From Dehalococcoidia bacterium (GTDB lineage Bacteria > Chloroflexota > Dehalococcoidia > Plut-88900), in the NCBI GenBank assembly GCA_965207225.1, contig CBDBLV010000004.1, positions 192,001 through 256,000 of the forward strand: a DNA stretch of 64,000 nucleotides, given 5' to 3'. Position numbers and translations under genes: made by a program. Below the pieces are notes generated by a model that ran no database searches, was not told the DNA's origin, and saw only the letters and a list, made by a program, of their open reading frames with translations. This document shows, piece after piece, positions 18,124 to 26,841 of this stretch. The stretch's first letter is position 1, and each line of letters begins with the position of its first letter.

Positions 18124-18999
18124 GTGAAACACCTTGGAGCCGAGCAGATTTGCCACCGATTCTCCGCAGAGGACGAACCTGCCGTACGCGTGGGGTCAGG
18201 AGAGAGATTCACCGTTACGACTACGGACAGGTTCAAGGACGTTTCACGCACCGATCCCGATTTCGCGAGATCAAAGATAGTGCGGTCAATGAACGGGCCG
18301 ATCTATGTGGAAGGGGTGAAGGCCGGAGACACACTCAAGGTGGAATTCCTGTCCATGTCTCCCGCCGAGCCCCAAGCCTACGTCCTTGCGCTGCCGGGCG
18401 CCGGGGCACTGGGCGATAGGATTTCCAGTTTTCGGATGATAGAAGTCCAGATCTCCGAAACGGAGGCCGTGTTCCCGAGCGGAGCATCCATTCCCTTCAG
18501 GCCGATGCTGGGCCAGATTGGCGTCGCGCCTGAAAAAGGTGAAGCGCAGCTCGGGGATACTGGGCCGTTCGGGGGGCAGTTGAGCATTACGGATGTCACG
18601 GCGGGATCGGCCCTCTACCTTCCCGTATTCCACGACGGAGCATACCTGGCGATGGGAGACTCGCATCTCGCCATGGGAGAGGGAGAAGCTACGAGCTCGG
18701 CGGTGGAGGGTTCGATGAAGATCACCATGCAGGCATCGGTTTCACAGGACCTACAGGTGAAGGAGCCCCTAATCATCACAGCGGACCACGTGATCACGTT
18801 TGGTCGGGGGCGGACGTTGAACGAGGCCGGTGAAGTTGCAACGCTAGCGATGTCTAACTTGCTGACGGAGCGGCTGGGGGTCTCTGCAGTGGAGTCTGCA
18901 ATGTTGATTGGATGTGCGGCAGACCTACGGGCGGCGTTGGCCCTCTATACACCTTACAGCATGAAGATGCTGATGCCTCGGGGAAGCTTGTCGCTGTAA
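18124..18999 (+). CDS. Acetamidase/formamidase family protein
   Basis: GPIYVEG...GDTL.V, PMLG.IGVAP, LYLPV...GA.L..GD.H..MG.GE motifs; GGAGG RBS before GTG 18124. Confidence 0.88.
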   Translation: MKHLGAEQICHRFSAEDEPAVRVGSGERFTVTTTDRFKDVSRTDPDFARSKIVRSMNGPIYVEGVKAGDTLKVEFLSMSPAEPQAYVLALPGAGALGDRISSFRMIEVQISETEAVFPSGASIPFRPMLGQIGVAPEKGEAQLGDTGPFGGQLSITDVTAGSALYLPVFHDGAYLAMGDSHLAMGEGEATSSAVEGSMKITMQASVSQDLQVKEPLIITADHVITFGRGRTLNEAGEVATLAMSNLLTERLGVSAVESAMLIGCAADLRAALALYTPYSMKMLMPRGSLSL

Positions 19000-19018
19000 A
19001 GTACAGCCTTGAAAGGGG

Positions 19019-19051
19019 AAGGCCCGGCGCACCTATACGCCGGGCCTTTTT
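19019..19051 (+). terminator. Rho-independent terminator
   Basis: AAGGCCCGGCG-loop-CGCCGGGCC followed by TTTTT. Confidence 0.8.
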
Positions 19052-19089
19052 CGTATTCAGGGCCAAGGGACGCCCCGCCCATCCACTAC

Positions 19090-19812
19090 CTAGTCGTCGG
19101 AAGCGAACCCAAGGAGGTTGAGGATGATGAGAAAGATGTTGAGGAAGCTCAGGTAAAGGCCAATGCTTCCGATGACTGCCACCTGGGTTGCGGCCTGGTA
19201 GTCGCCTTGCTCGGCCGCCTGCATGGCCAGTACCTTGACCTGTCGGGTCTCATAAACCGTCAGGACAAGGAACAGGGGCAGAAGCAGCAAGTTGATGAAG
19301 AGGAAGAGCATGCTGGACTGGAGGAGCAGCATGTTTATCAGGCTGATGCCAATCAGTCCGAGGAGACCGAATATGAGGATAGGTCCAAGCCGCGAAAGAT
19401 CCTTCTTCGTGGTCATTCCTATAAGACTCATCCCGACAAAGAGCCCAGCCGTAAGGATGAAGGCAAGCCCTATCCTTTCGTTGGTGTAAGCCGAGAGGAT
19501 CCAGGAAAGGAAGAACCCTTCCATGGCGGTGAAGAGCAGATAGACGCCGGTTGCGGCGCCGATCTGGCCCCTGGTGGCGAGGGCGCTGGCCCCCATGAGG
19601 GTGGCGAATATGACACCGAATCCCACAAGGTATCCCAGCCAACCAAGCCCCAACACCACATCCCCCAAGCCAATCCTGTCCCCGACCCAGATTGCGGCGC
19701 CCGTGGTGACTATTCCAAGGGCCAGAAGCCCGTACAGCCGGGACATGGCGCCCGTATAGATTGCGTTGGCTCTGACTGCGCCGGCGCCGTAGCTAAATTG
19801 ATCGCTCAGCAT
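19090..19812 (-). CDS. Bax inhibitor-1/YccA family membrane protein
   Basis: About 7 hydrophobic helices, 'G.TTKKDLS..G', C-terminal 'LYL.F.NIF..IL'. Confidence 0.88.
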   Translation of the reverse strand: MLSDQFSYGAGAVRANAIYTGAMSRLYGLLALGIVTTGAAIWVGDRIGLGDVVLGLGWLGYLVGFGVIFATLMGASALATRGQIGAATGVYLLFTAMEGFFLSWILSAYTNERIGLAFILTAGLFVGMSLIGMTTKKDLSRLGPILIFGLLGLIGISLINMLLLQSSMLFLFINLLLLPLFLVLTVYETRQVKVLAMQAAEQGDYQAATQVAVIGSIGLYLSFLNIFLIILNLLGFASDD

Positions 19813-19906
19813 TGCTTTTCGCGGTCCTCCAAATCATCCATTTGCTGTATACCGATTATAGCATCGGCGGCCGGTTTCGCAGGCTAAACAAGGACGAGGG
19901 AGGGGT

Positions 19907-20635
19907 CTAGCAGGAGGTGAGGTAGTGGTTGCGGGCCTCGGCGAGGAGCAATGCGAGGCTGTCCCGCCAAAGCACGACCTGGGTCTCGTCCCAGTCGGGA
20001 TTGTAGTCGGGGAATTTGGCAAGGACACGATTCGTCAAATCGTCGTTGTCTGACGGGTCTGCCGGAGGGAGATCGGGGGGATCGGCGCTTGGCTGGGGTG
20101 CTGGAACGGGAGCGAGGCTTACTTGCTGTGCCCTTCTTCTCGGGGTCCGGGTGGAGGGCTGCCTTTCCCTAGTCTTGAGCTGGTCGGAGAGTCTGATCCC
20201 GGCATCCTTGGCAATCCGGACGAAGAAGGTCATGCCCTTGCGTCCGACTTCGTCCTGGGAGCCGCCCCTCCGGAACTTTTCGGCAAGGTGGTCCGGGGTG
20301 ACGGTGTGCAAGATCAAGCCCCTTAGCATCGGGCCATAGGACTCCTGCACAATGTCCCTGAGGGCTGACTTCAAGTCTTCGCCATCCAACGGCAAAAGAC
20401 CTTTAAGGGCCGGGGTCGGCTGCTTCTCACCGTCGACCAAGCCGAGGTAAGCCAACGCGGACAGAAGATTGGACTCGGCAGAGGGATTGACCTTGAGCTT
20501 CTTGAGGTAGCTGTTGTCTATGCGGCTCGGCAGTTGTCTGCGCTGAAAGTCGTCTTTCAACGTTTCCAATAGCCTTAGCCATTGAGAGTAGGGAGGGTAG
20601 GGAGGCCGCTTGTTGCCGTTTTCCTTGCCCACCAT
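19907..20635 (-). CDS. DUF5343-like protein, probably DNA-binding
   Basis: PPY....W..LL, P.RIDNSYL, L..LGLVD....PT, ..F...AKDAGI.LS, basic linker, C-terminal KFP.Y.P.W. Family recognised from memory. Confidence 0.65.
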   Translation of the reverse strand: MVGKENGNKRPPYPPYSQWLRLLETLKDDFQRRQLPSRIDNSYLKKLKVNPSAESNLLSALAYLGLVDGEKQPTPALKGLLPLDGEDLKSALRDIVQESYGPMLRGLILHTVTPDHLAEKFRRGGSQDEVGRKGMTFFVRIAKDAGIRLSDQLKTRERQPSTRTPRRRAQQVSLAPVPAPQPSADPPDLPPADPSDNDDLTNRVLAKFPDYNPDWDETQVVLWRDSLALLLAEARNHYLTSC

Positions 20636-20679
20636 GACGTTTGTCCTTACTTATGGCTTGTCCGGCACAGCTACGTCGA

Positions 20680-20912
20680 GGCAAGCATACAGGATAAGGA
20701 CAATTATGGCAACGGTGCGCTGAATGGCAAAGGGGTAAATGGCAATGTCCTTTAGTATCTTTAGGTTTGCCTTATCTGGATACTGCTTTTGACCATGCCT
20801 AGAATGCGCTCATATTGCCTTAAATTCGTCTGTGATTCGGACAAGCACCGATTCTTTCTGGCGAAACGGTCAAGGCAATGTGCCAAAGGGTACCGTTTCA
20901 AAAGCAAGGCAA
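20680..20912. repeat. Cluster of eight GGCAA/TTGCC boxes between the DUF5343 gene and ftsZ
   Basis: GGCAA at 20680, 20708, 20726, 20741, 20874 and 20908; TTGCC at 20767 and 20815; mostly in ATGGCAA or AAGGCAA context. Confidence 0.55.
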
Positions 20913-20965
20913 GCCTCCATCGGGAGGTCGGGCCACAAAATCAGTTAAGAGGGAGGATAGCGAAA

Positions 20966-22096
20966 ATGGTCGTAGAGCAACTATTGAGCAACCGGCCGGT
21001 ATCACGGCTTTCAGTAGACAGGGCGCCGGCCCGAATCAAAGTAGTCGGCGTAGGTGGAGGCGGTTGCAACTGTGTCCGCCGGATGCTTGCGCATAACGTC
21101 CCGGGCGTCGAGTTTGTCGTCGTCAACACGGACATCAAGTCCCTGGAGTCGGTAACCCAGGGCGCCACCATCCTCCAGATAGGTGAAAACATCACTCACG
21201 GCTGGGGCGCAGGTGGAGAATACGACGTCGGTGAAAAGGCCGCCGAGGAGTCTTCCACTCTTATAAAGAAGGCTCTGAAGAACGCCGAGCTGGTATTCCT
21301 GACCGCCGGTATGGGCGGAGGGACCGGCACGGGCGCCGCGCCCTACGTGGCCCAGTTGGCCAGGGACATGGGCGCACTTGTGGTCGGTGTGGTGACCACC
21401 CCCTTCAGTTTCGAGGGATCGCGCAGGCTCGGCCAGGCGGTCGCCGGAGTTGCGAGGCTACGGAAGCACGTGGACAACCTGATCGTCATCCACAATGACA
21501 GGCTGCTCCAGTTCGTAGACCACGACGCGGGGATGACGGAAGCCTTCGCAACCGCTGACGAAGTTGTCAGCCAGGGAATCGTCAGTGTCTCGGAGCTCGT
21601 CAACGTGCCGGGCGAGATCAACGTAGACTTTGCCGATGTTCAGAGCATTATGGCCAATCCCGGCGGGGCTCTCATGGCGATAGGAATTGGTCGGGGCAAC
21701 ATGGGGGCCCTGGAAGCGGCCCGGCAAGCCATCACCAACCCCCTGCTTAACCTCTCCATCCGAGGCGCCAAGGGCGTGCTCTTCTCCGTGAAGGGCGGCG
21801 ACGATCTGACTTTGGGCGGCGTGAACGCCGCAGGTGAGCTGATAAACAAGGCCGTCCACAGGGATGCGAGCATCTTTTTCGGGATGTCGATCGACCCGTC
21901 ACTGGGCGACATGGTGAAACTGACTCTTATCGCAACGGGACTCCGGCAGGACAGGGGCCTGGGCAACGTAGCAGGCGCCTTCAAGGGCCTGCTCCCGGGG
22001 GTCGAGATGAAAGTGAAGGCGCCCGGGATCTTCGGACGCGGCAACAAGCGAAAGAGGCGGTCTTCCCAGATGGAGTGGGATGACGACTTCTTTTAG
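20966..22096 (+). CDS. ftsZ: Cell division GTPase FtsZ (orphan paralog)
   Basis: IKVVGVGGGG, NTD, GMGGGTGTG signature, PFSFEG, INVDFADV T7 loop, IATG. GGGAGG RBS before ATG 20966. Confidence 0.95.
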   Translation: MVVEQLLSNRPVSRLSVDRAPARIKVVGVGGGGCNCVRRMLAHNVPGVEFVVVNTDIKSLESVTQGATILQIGENITHGWGAGGEYDVGEKAAEESSTLIKKALKNAELVFLTAGMGGGTGTGAAPYVAQLARDMGALVVGVVTTPFSFEGSRRLGQAVAGVARLRKHVDNLIVIHNDRLLQFVDHDAGMTEAFATADEVVSQGIVSVSELVNVPGEINVDFADVQSIMANPGGALMAIGIGRGNMGALEAARQAITNPLLNLSIRGAKGVLFSVKGGDDLTLGGVNAAGELINKAVHRDASIFFGMSIDPSLGDMVKLTLIATGLRQDRGLGNVAGAFKGLLPGVEMKVKAPGIFGRGNKRKRRSSQMEWDDDFF

Positions 22097-22110
22097 ACCT
22101 TGACTCTTCC

Positions 22111-22151
22111 GGGGCCCGAGAGGCACCTCGACACTTCACCTCTCGGGCCCC
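22111..22151. repeat. 13-bp inverted repeat after ftsZ
   Basis: GGGGCCCGAGAGG ... CCTCTCGGGCCCC; no U-tract. Confidence 0.6.
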
Positions 22152-22236
22152 TAACCCCAACCGGACATATACAAACCCGATCAAGGTTCCGCCGGACCCG
22201 GAAAGCCCCAAGCAATAGAACGCACAGGACAGAACC

Positions 22237-22992
22237 GTGGCACTACAAAGAACGTATCTGAATCCGAACAACCAGACGGACCCGATAGCGAGAATCGCAT
22301 TCGAGCGGCCCGCGCTGGCTTTATGTTTTCCATCGCTTAAGAGCGCTTCGGCATCGCCGCAGCTTGACGCAAGGTTCGGGAAAGACTCGGAGAAGAAGGG
22401 CCCGAACCACCCCACGGTAACCCTAGTGCTCTCAAGCTTCGTGGAGCTCGAAAGACGGGACATGATCGCCATCGGATCGTCGTCCTTCATGGCTGGGCGC
22501 GGCGAGACGGGCGGCATGTGGGTCACGAAAAAGGTGCCCAGCTGCCCGGGCAAAGGAATGGCCGCCGATCTCTTCAACTGCATTACCCACGGCTATTCGG
22601 CACTGGAAGAGGTAGTCGCCCGATACTTCAGGGACTACTACCGGCAGGACCCCTGGACCCTTGCTCCGACCCTTGGGGTAGAAGAGGCAAGGGCCTACGG
22701 TTATGTCGCTTCCCAGCAATGGCCCGTATCAGGGGTGAAACGATTGCTGAGCCGGTTCGGACTTTCCAGCGACATCCAGACCCTTTGGGTCAGGGACGGG
22801 ATGAAGGTCCGGGAAGCGACGCAGGCTTCTCGACTACTCAGGGTCCACATTGACGAGTTCCGGGCGAGCTCCCGGGACATTTTTGAAGGTATGCGGCTGG
22901 GCATTGCGGAAGCAATTGACAAGCTGAGCGAGCATCTGACTCCGGGAATCATCCGGCTGCCGCTTCTCAAGAAGCGGTATGCCACCGGCTGA
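22237..22992 (+). CDS. Hypothetical protein (251 aa)
   Basis: Fills the space downstream of ftsZ, AGGA before the GTG start, followed by a terminator. No family recognised. Confidence 0.65.
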   Translation: MALQRTYLNPNNQTDPIARIAFERPALALCFPSLKSASASPQLDARFGKDSEKKGPNHPTVTLVLSSFVELERRDMIAIGSSSFMAGRGETGGMWVTKKVPSCPGKGMAADLFNCITHGYSALEEVVARYFRDYYRQDPWTLAPTLGVEEARAYGYVASQQWPVSGVKRLLSRFGLSSDIQTLWVRDGMKVREATQASRLLRVHIDEFRASSRDIFEGMRLGIAEAIDKLSEHLTPGIIRLPLLKKRYATG

Positions 22993-23036
22993 CAAAACAG
23001 AATACAACCCCCATTTCTAACCCTCCTCCCCCCTAT

Positions 23037-23072
23037 ACAAAGAGCCCGATTTCCGCCAGTCGGGCTCTTTGT
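23037..23072 (+). terminator. Rho-independent terminator
   Basis: ACAAAGAGCCCGA-loop-TCGGGCTCTTTGT, continuing into CTTTGT. Confidence 0.75.
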
Positions 23073-23138
23073 CTTTGTCTACGAAGTTGGGGCTCCGGTG
23101 GTCCAGCCGCACTGCGGAGAGACTCTAACGCTCACGGC

Positions 23139-23172
23139 AAAAGGAAACGCCGGTACGTTGTACCGGCGTTTC
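23139..23172 (-). terminator. Terminator for the small minus-strand gene
   Basis: GAAACGCCGGTAC-GTT-GTACCGGCGTTTC perfect stem, followed on the minus strand by CTTTT. Confidence 0.65.
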
Positions 23173-23207
23173 TTCGACATTCCGTTTAGTTGAGGGGATG
23201 TGGGGCT

Positions 23208-23468
23208 CTAAGTACGGTCGCAACCCCCAGACTCGGTGATCTTCTGGCGTACAATCTCGTCCCTGGGGTAGAAGATGGAGTCCTGGTCGATCACGGGGGT
23301 GCTTCTGCGGTTACGGAAAGTGAAGAGCCTGCCCCTGTTGGAACGCCCGAAAAGGCCCAGCGCACCGGTCGCGCTGCCAAGAAGGGCGAGTCCTCCCAGG
23401 GCAATCCCCAAGCCTATGAACTTCCTTCTCCTATTTATGTCGACTGTTTTTTCGGCTATGGCGCTCAA
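23208..23468 (-). CDS. Small protein with twin-arginine-like signal or membrane anchor (86 aa)
   Basis: TTG 23468 after a GGAG RBS; INRRRKFIGLG plus a hydrophobic stretch; has its own terminator. Confidence 0.6.
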   Translation of the reverse strand: MSAIAEKTVDINRRRKFIGLGIALGGLALLGSATGALGLFGRSNRGRLFTFRNRRSTPVIDQDSIFYPRDEIVRQKITESGGCDRT

Positions 23469-23677
23469 TTGCTGCTCCTGCGCTGAGTGTCGGGCCGAGG
23501 GCCCCGGTTTTTTCGCTGGGGAGATATTATCGCCTCGGGGGTCGTTGCGCAACGGGGACAACGGGAAGAAGTGGAATCTTTCACAAAGGTTCAGACCCTG
23601 TCCAAAAAACCCTTGCAATCCGAATTTCGTCCTGATAATATCTTCACAAAGTTTCTGGACCGACCGCGGGGACGGTA

Positions 23678-23971
23678 TTGGACCCTAATTTCGTTACAAG
23701 GCAAGACTGGGCCGACATTGGTGAGTTCCTATTGGCCCTCCTTTTCGTTCCCGGTTTGATGATAGTCTTCGCCTTTTCCATGCTTATTGCCCACGCCCTG
23801 ATTCCCTCCCTGGTCAAGTCCGGGCATCTCCCCGAAGACCTCAGCAAGGTCCGCCGCGTCTTCTACATGGTGGCCTTTGCGGCACTGGCGGGGGTCATCT
23901 CCTATGTTGTGTTCGTGGCCATCAACGCCGAGAGTTCGTTCGGAGACGTTTACTCCCGCTGGTGGCAATAG
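23678..23971 (+). CDS. Small two-helix membrane protein heading the ACIII-like operon
   Basis: 97 aa with two hydrophobic segments; stop 3 nt before the cytochrome c gene. Confidence 0.75.
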   Translation: MDPNFVTRQDWADIGEFLLALLFVPGLMIVFAFSMLIAHALIPSLVKSGHLPEDLSKVRRVFYMVAFAALAGVISYVVFVAINAESSFGDVYSRWWQ

Positions 23972-23974
23972 CAG

Positions 23975-24538
23975 ATGCCCATCACACCTAAAATAGTCAT
24001 ACCGGCCGTCCTGGGCTTAGTTATCGGTGTGATCCTGGTAATGACGGCGGTGTTCCTGACAAAGGCCGTGTTCTCCGAACCTTTCCAGGTCTTCGGTATG
24101 GGCGCAGCTCCCGACCAGCCAATCGACTTCCCTCACGACGTTCACGTCGAAAAGGTTGGGATCGAGTGCATGTTCTGCCACAGGACGGTAGACACCAGCG
24201 CCTCGGCGGGGATACCTGCGGTGGAGCAATGCCTTTTCTGCCACAAAGACCTCGGGAGGGAGCAGTACATACTGCCGGAGAGTGAAGAACTGGAGAAGCT
24301 AAGGGAGCACTTCGAAAGCGAAGAGCCGATCCAGTGGAACCGGGTGCATCGACTTCCGGACCACGTCCAGTTCCTTCACGAGGCCCACATAAACAAAGGA
24401 ATCAACTGCTCCGAGTGTCACGGAGACGTCGGCAGCATGGAGGTTGTGGGGCAGGTACGAGACCTTAAGATGGGCGACTGCGTGGACTGTCACAGAGAGA
24501 ACAATGCCCCGACCGACTGCCTTACCTGTCACTACTAA
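23975..24538 (+). CDS. actA: Membrane-anchored pentaheme cytochrome c (ActA/QrcA)
   Basis: Five CxxCH motifs (CMFCH, CLFCH, CSECH, CVDCH, CLTCH); QPI.F.H..H and W..VH.LPDHV.F.H. Confidence 0.92.
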   Translation: MPITPKIVIPAVLGLVIGVILVMTAVFLTKAVFSEPFQVFGMGAAPDQPIDFPHDVHVEKVGIECMFCHRTVDTSASAGIPAVEQCLFCHKDLGREQYILPESEELEKLREHFESEEPIQWNRVHRLPDHVQFLHEAHINKGINCSECHGDVGSMEVVGQVRDLKMGDCVDCHRENNAPTDCLTCHY

Positions 24539-24571
24539 TCATTAGGGAATCAACCAAAGCGGTACTAGAAA

Positions 24572-26821
24572 TTGCCAGTTAGCCGAAGACAATTCCTGAA
24601 GATTGCCGGAATCTCGTCCCTGGGAGCGGTTATCTTCAAAGCGTGCGGATTCGACGCCGAAGAGAACCTAGTCGAAAGCCCAGTAAACCTTCCCGAGGAC
24701 CTAGTCCTTGGCACCGACAACTGGTACGCCAGCACCTGCAGGCAGTGCCCTGCCGGTTGCGGCAACATAGTCAGGGTACTGGAGGGTCGGGCGAAGAAGA
24801 TTGAAGGCAATCCCAACCACCCGTTGAGCCGGGGCAAGCTATGTGTTCGGGGCCAGGCAGGCGTGCAGGCCCTATACCATCCCGACAGAATTGCCGGACC
24901 GTTGCGCCGATCGGGACCTCGAGGTTCCGGCCAATATCAATCTGTAACCTGGGAGACCGCCGAAGCGGACCTGGTGCAAAGGCTGCAGGGCGCGCAGGCC
25001 TCCCGGGTGGTGCTGGCGACCGATCCGCTGAGGGGTCGGCTGGGGATGGTCACCAAGCAGTTTGTGGAAGCCTTGGGCATCCGGCATGCCTCCTTTGAGG
25101 CCATGGAACGATCAACGAACCTCAAGGCCGCCATGCGCCAACTCTTTGGACAGGAGCAGCTGCCGGAGTTCGACCTGGAGAACACGACCTTCCTGCTCGG
25201 ATTCGGGGCCGACATCCTCGAGACCTGGCTTTCCACCGTCCGCTACAACCGCGGCTACGGTGAGTTTCGACAGGGAGACCACCGGGACCGCGGCACTTTC
25301 GTCCACGTCGACAGCCGGTTCTCCATGACCGCCGCGAACGCCGACAAATGGGTGCCGGTCAAGCCAGGCATGGAGGGCATACTGGCCCTGAGCATGGCTT
25401 ACGTCATCATTCGGGAGGAGCTCGGCGACAAGGATGCCGCTGATGCCATGACCGAGGGGCAAGGCTTTGAGGCCCTTGCCGCTTTTGCCCCGAACATCGT
25501 AGAAGACATGACCGGCGTCTCCGAGAATGACACTATCTACCTGGCTCGACGATTCGCCCACGAGCAGCCTAGCCTGGCTGTCGGAGGGAGCTCCGCCGGG
25601 GCCCACACCAACGGCCTGTTCAACCTAGCGGCCATATACTCACTGAACGTGCTGGTGGGCAACGTTGGCAAAGAGGGCGGCCTCCACTTCAACCCCGCTC
25701 CTCTTTCTCCGGGCGCCGGCGGGTCCTTGCCCCAGTCCAGCTTCAGAGACTGGCAGAACATCGCCGGTGACATGGGCAACGTAGAAGTCCTGATGGTCAG
25801 GAACGCAGACCCGGTGCACGGCCTACCAGAAGACCTCAGATTCCAGGAATCACTGGCCAACGTCCCTTACGTAGTCAGTTTCTCCAGCTTCATGGACGAC
25901 ACCACTGCCCAGGCAGACCTGATTCTCCCTGAAAGCACCTACCTCGAGACCTGGGGCGACGACGTTCCTGACCCGGGCCCCGGGTATGAAATGGTCACTT
26001 TCCAGCAGCCGGTTGTGGCGCCCTTCCAGGACACCCGGTCATTCGGAGACACGCTTATTGCCATCGCCGGCCGGATGGGCGGAACAGCGGCGACTGCATT
26101 GCCCTGGGCCAGCTTCAAGGAAGCGGTTCAGGAAGGAGCCAGAGAGCTGTTTGCACGCGGGCGGGGGAACCTGACAGTAGAGGGAAGCTTCGAAGCATTC
26201 TGGAGCGGCCTGCTCCAACGAGGCGTCTGGTATGACCAGGGGTCCAGGCCCAGCATCTCCGTCGAGCCCAAGCCCCTTCCCTCGGAGATCAATTTACCGG
26301 TATTTCAAAACGCCCCCCTCGAGGAGGGTATGAACCTCATCGTGTATCAAACCAACTCTATGCTTGATGGTCGGCTGGCCCACCTGCCGTGGCTCCAGGC
26401 CACGCCCGACCCATTGACCACCGTCGTATGGGATACGTGGGTGGATATAAGCCGCCAGGACGCCGAGAGGCTGGAACTGAAGAGCAACGACATCGTGGAA
26501 ATCAGGTCTCAGTACGGCGCGATCGAAGCTCCTGTTTATGTAAATAGGGGAACGCCGCCTGGAATCGTGAGTGTGCCTGCATCACAGGGATATTCGGCCT
26601 ACGGGCGTTATGCCGAGAATCGTGGCACTAACGTTATGTCGATTCTTGCACCCCTTACCGACCCCAATACGGGGGCGCTGGCGTACAACGCGACCAGGGT
26701 GAAAGTCACAAAGACGGACAGAAGGCGAACGCTGCCCAAGTTCGAGGGGGTAGTCGAAGCACTGCCCGCCCCGACCGTCGAGCTCATACAGATTGCTAAT
26801 GGAAAGGGCGACGCCCACTAG
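24572..26821 (+). CDS. Molybdopterin oxidoreductase-fold subunit (ActB1/QrcB)
   Basis: Tat signal SRRQFLK with lipobox-like KAC; CRQCPAGC...LC.RG Fe-S motif; ADLILP.STYLE.WGD; PWLQ..PDP.T...W. Confidence 0.9.
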   Translation: MPVSRRQFLKIAGISSLGAVIFKACGFDAEENLVESPVNLPEDLVLGTDNWYASTCRQCPAGCGNIVRVLEGRAKKIEGNPNHPLSRGKLCVRGQAGVQALYHPDRIAGPLRRSGPRGSGQYQSVTWETAEADLVQRLQGAQASRVVLATDPLRGRLGMVTKQFVEALGIRHASFEAMERSTNLKAAMRQLFGQEQLPEFDLENTTFLLGFGADILETWLSTVRYNRGYGEFRQGDHRDRGTFVHVDSRFSMTAANADKWVPVKPGMEGILALSMAYVIIREELGDKDAADAMTEGQGFEALAAFAPNIVEDMTGVSENDTIYLARRFAHEQPSLAVGGSSAGAHTNGLFNLAAIYSLNVLVGNVGKEGGLHFNPAPLSPGAGGSLPQSSFRDWQNIAGDMGNVEVLMVRNADPVHGLPEDLRFQESLANVPYVVSFSSFMDDTTAQADLILPESTYLETWGDDVPDPGPGYEMVTFQQPVVAPFQDTRSFGDTLIAIAGRMGGTAATALPWASFKEAVQEGARELFARGRGNLTVEGSFEAFWSGLLQRGVWYDQGSRPSISVEPKPLPSEINLPVFQNAPLEEGMNLIVYQTNSMLDGRLAHLPWLQATPDPLTTVVWDTWVDISRQDAERLELKSNDIVEIRSQYGAIEAPVYVNRGTPPGIVSVPASQGYSAYGRYAENRGTNVMSILAPLTDPNTGALAYNATRVKVTKTDRRRTLPKFEGVVEALPAPTVELIQIANGKGDAH

Positions 26822-26841
26822 TCGGGCCCGGGAGGTAATTC

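Noticed and set aside
20789-20965. 59-aa N-terminal extension of FtsZ given by the ORF track
   Set aside because: A good RBS precedes ATG 20966 and the extension overlaps the repeat-bearing regulatory spacer. The same reasoning was applied to the track extensions at 596, 11656, 15145 and 31955.
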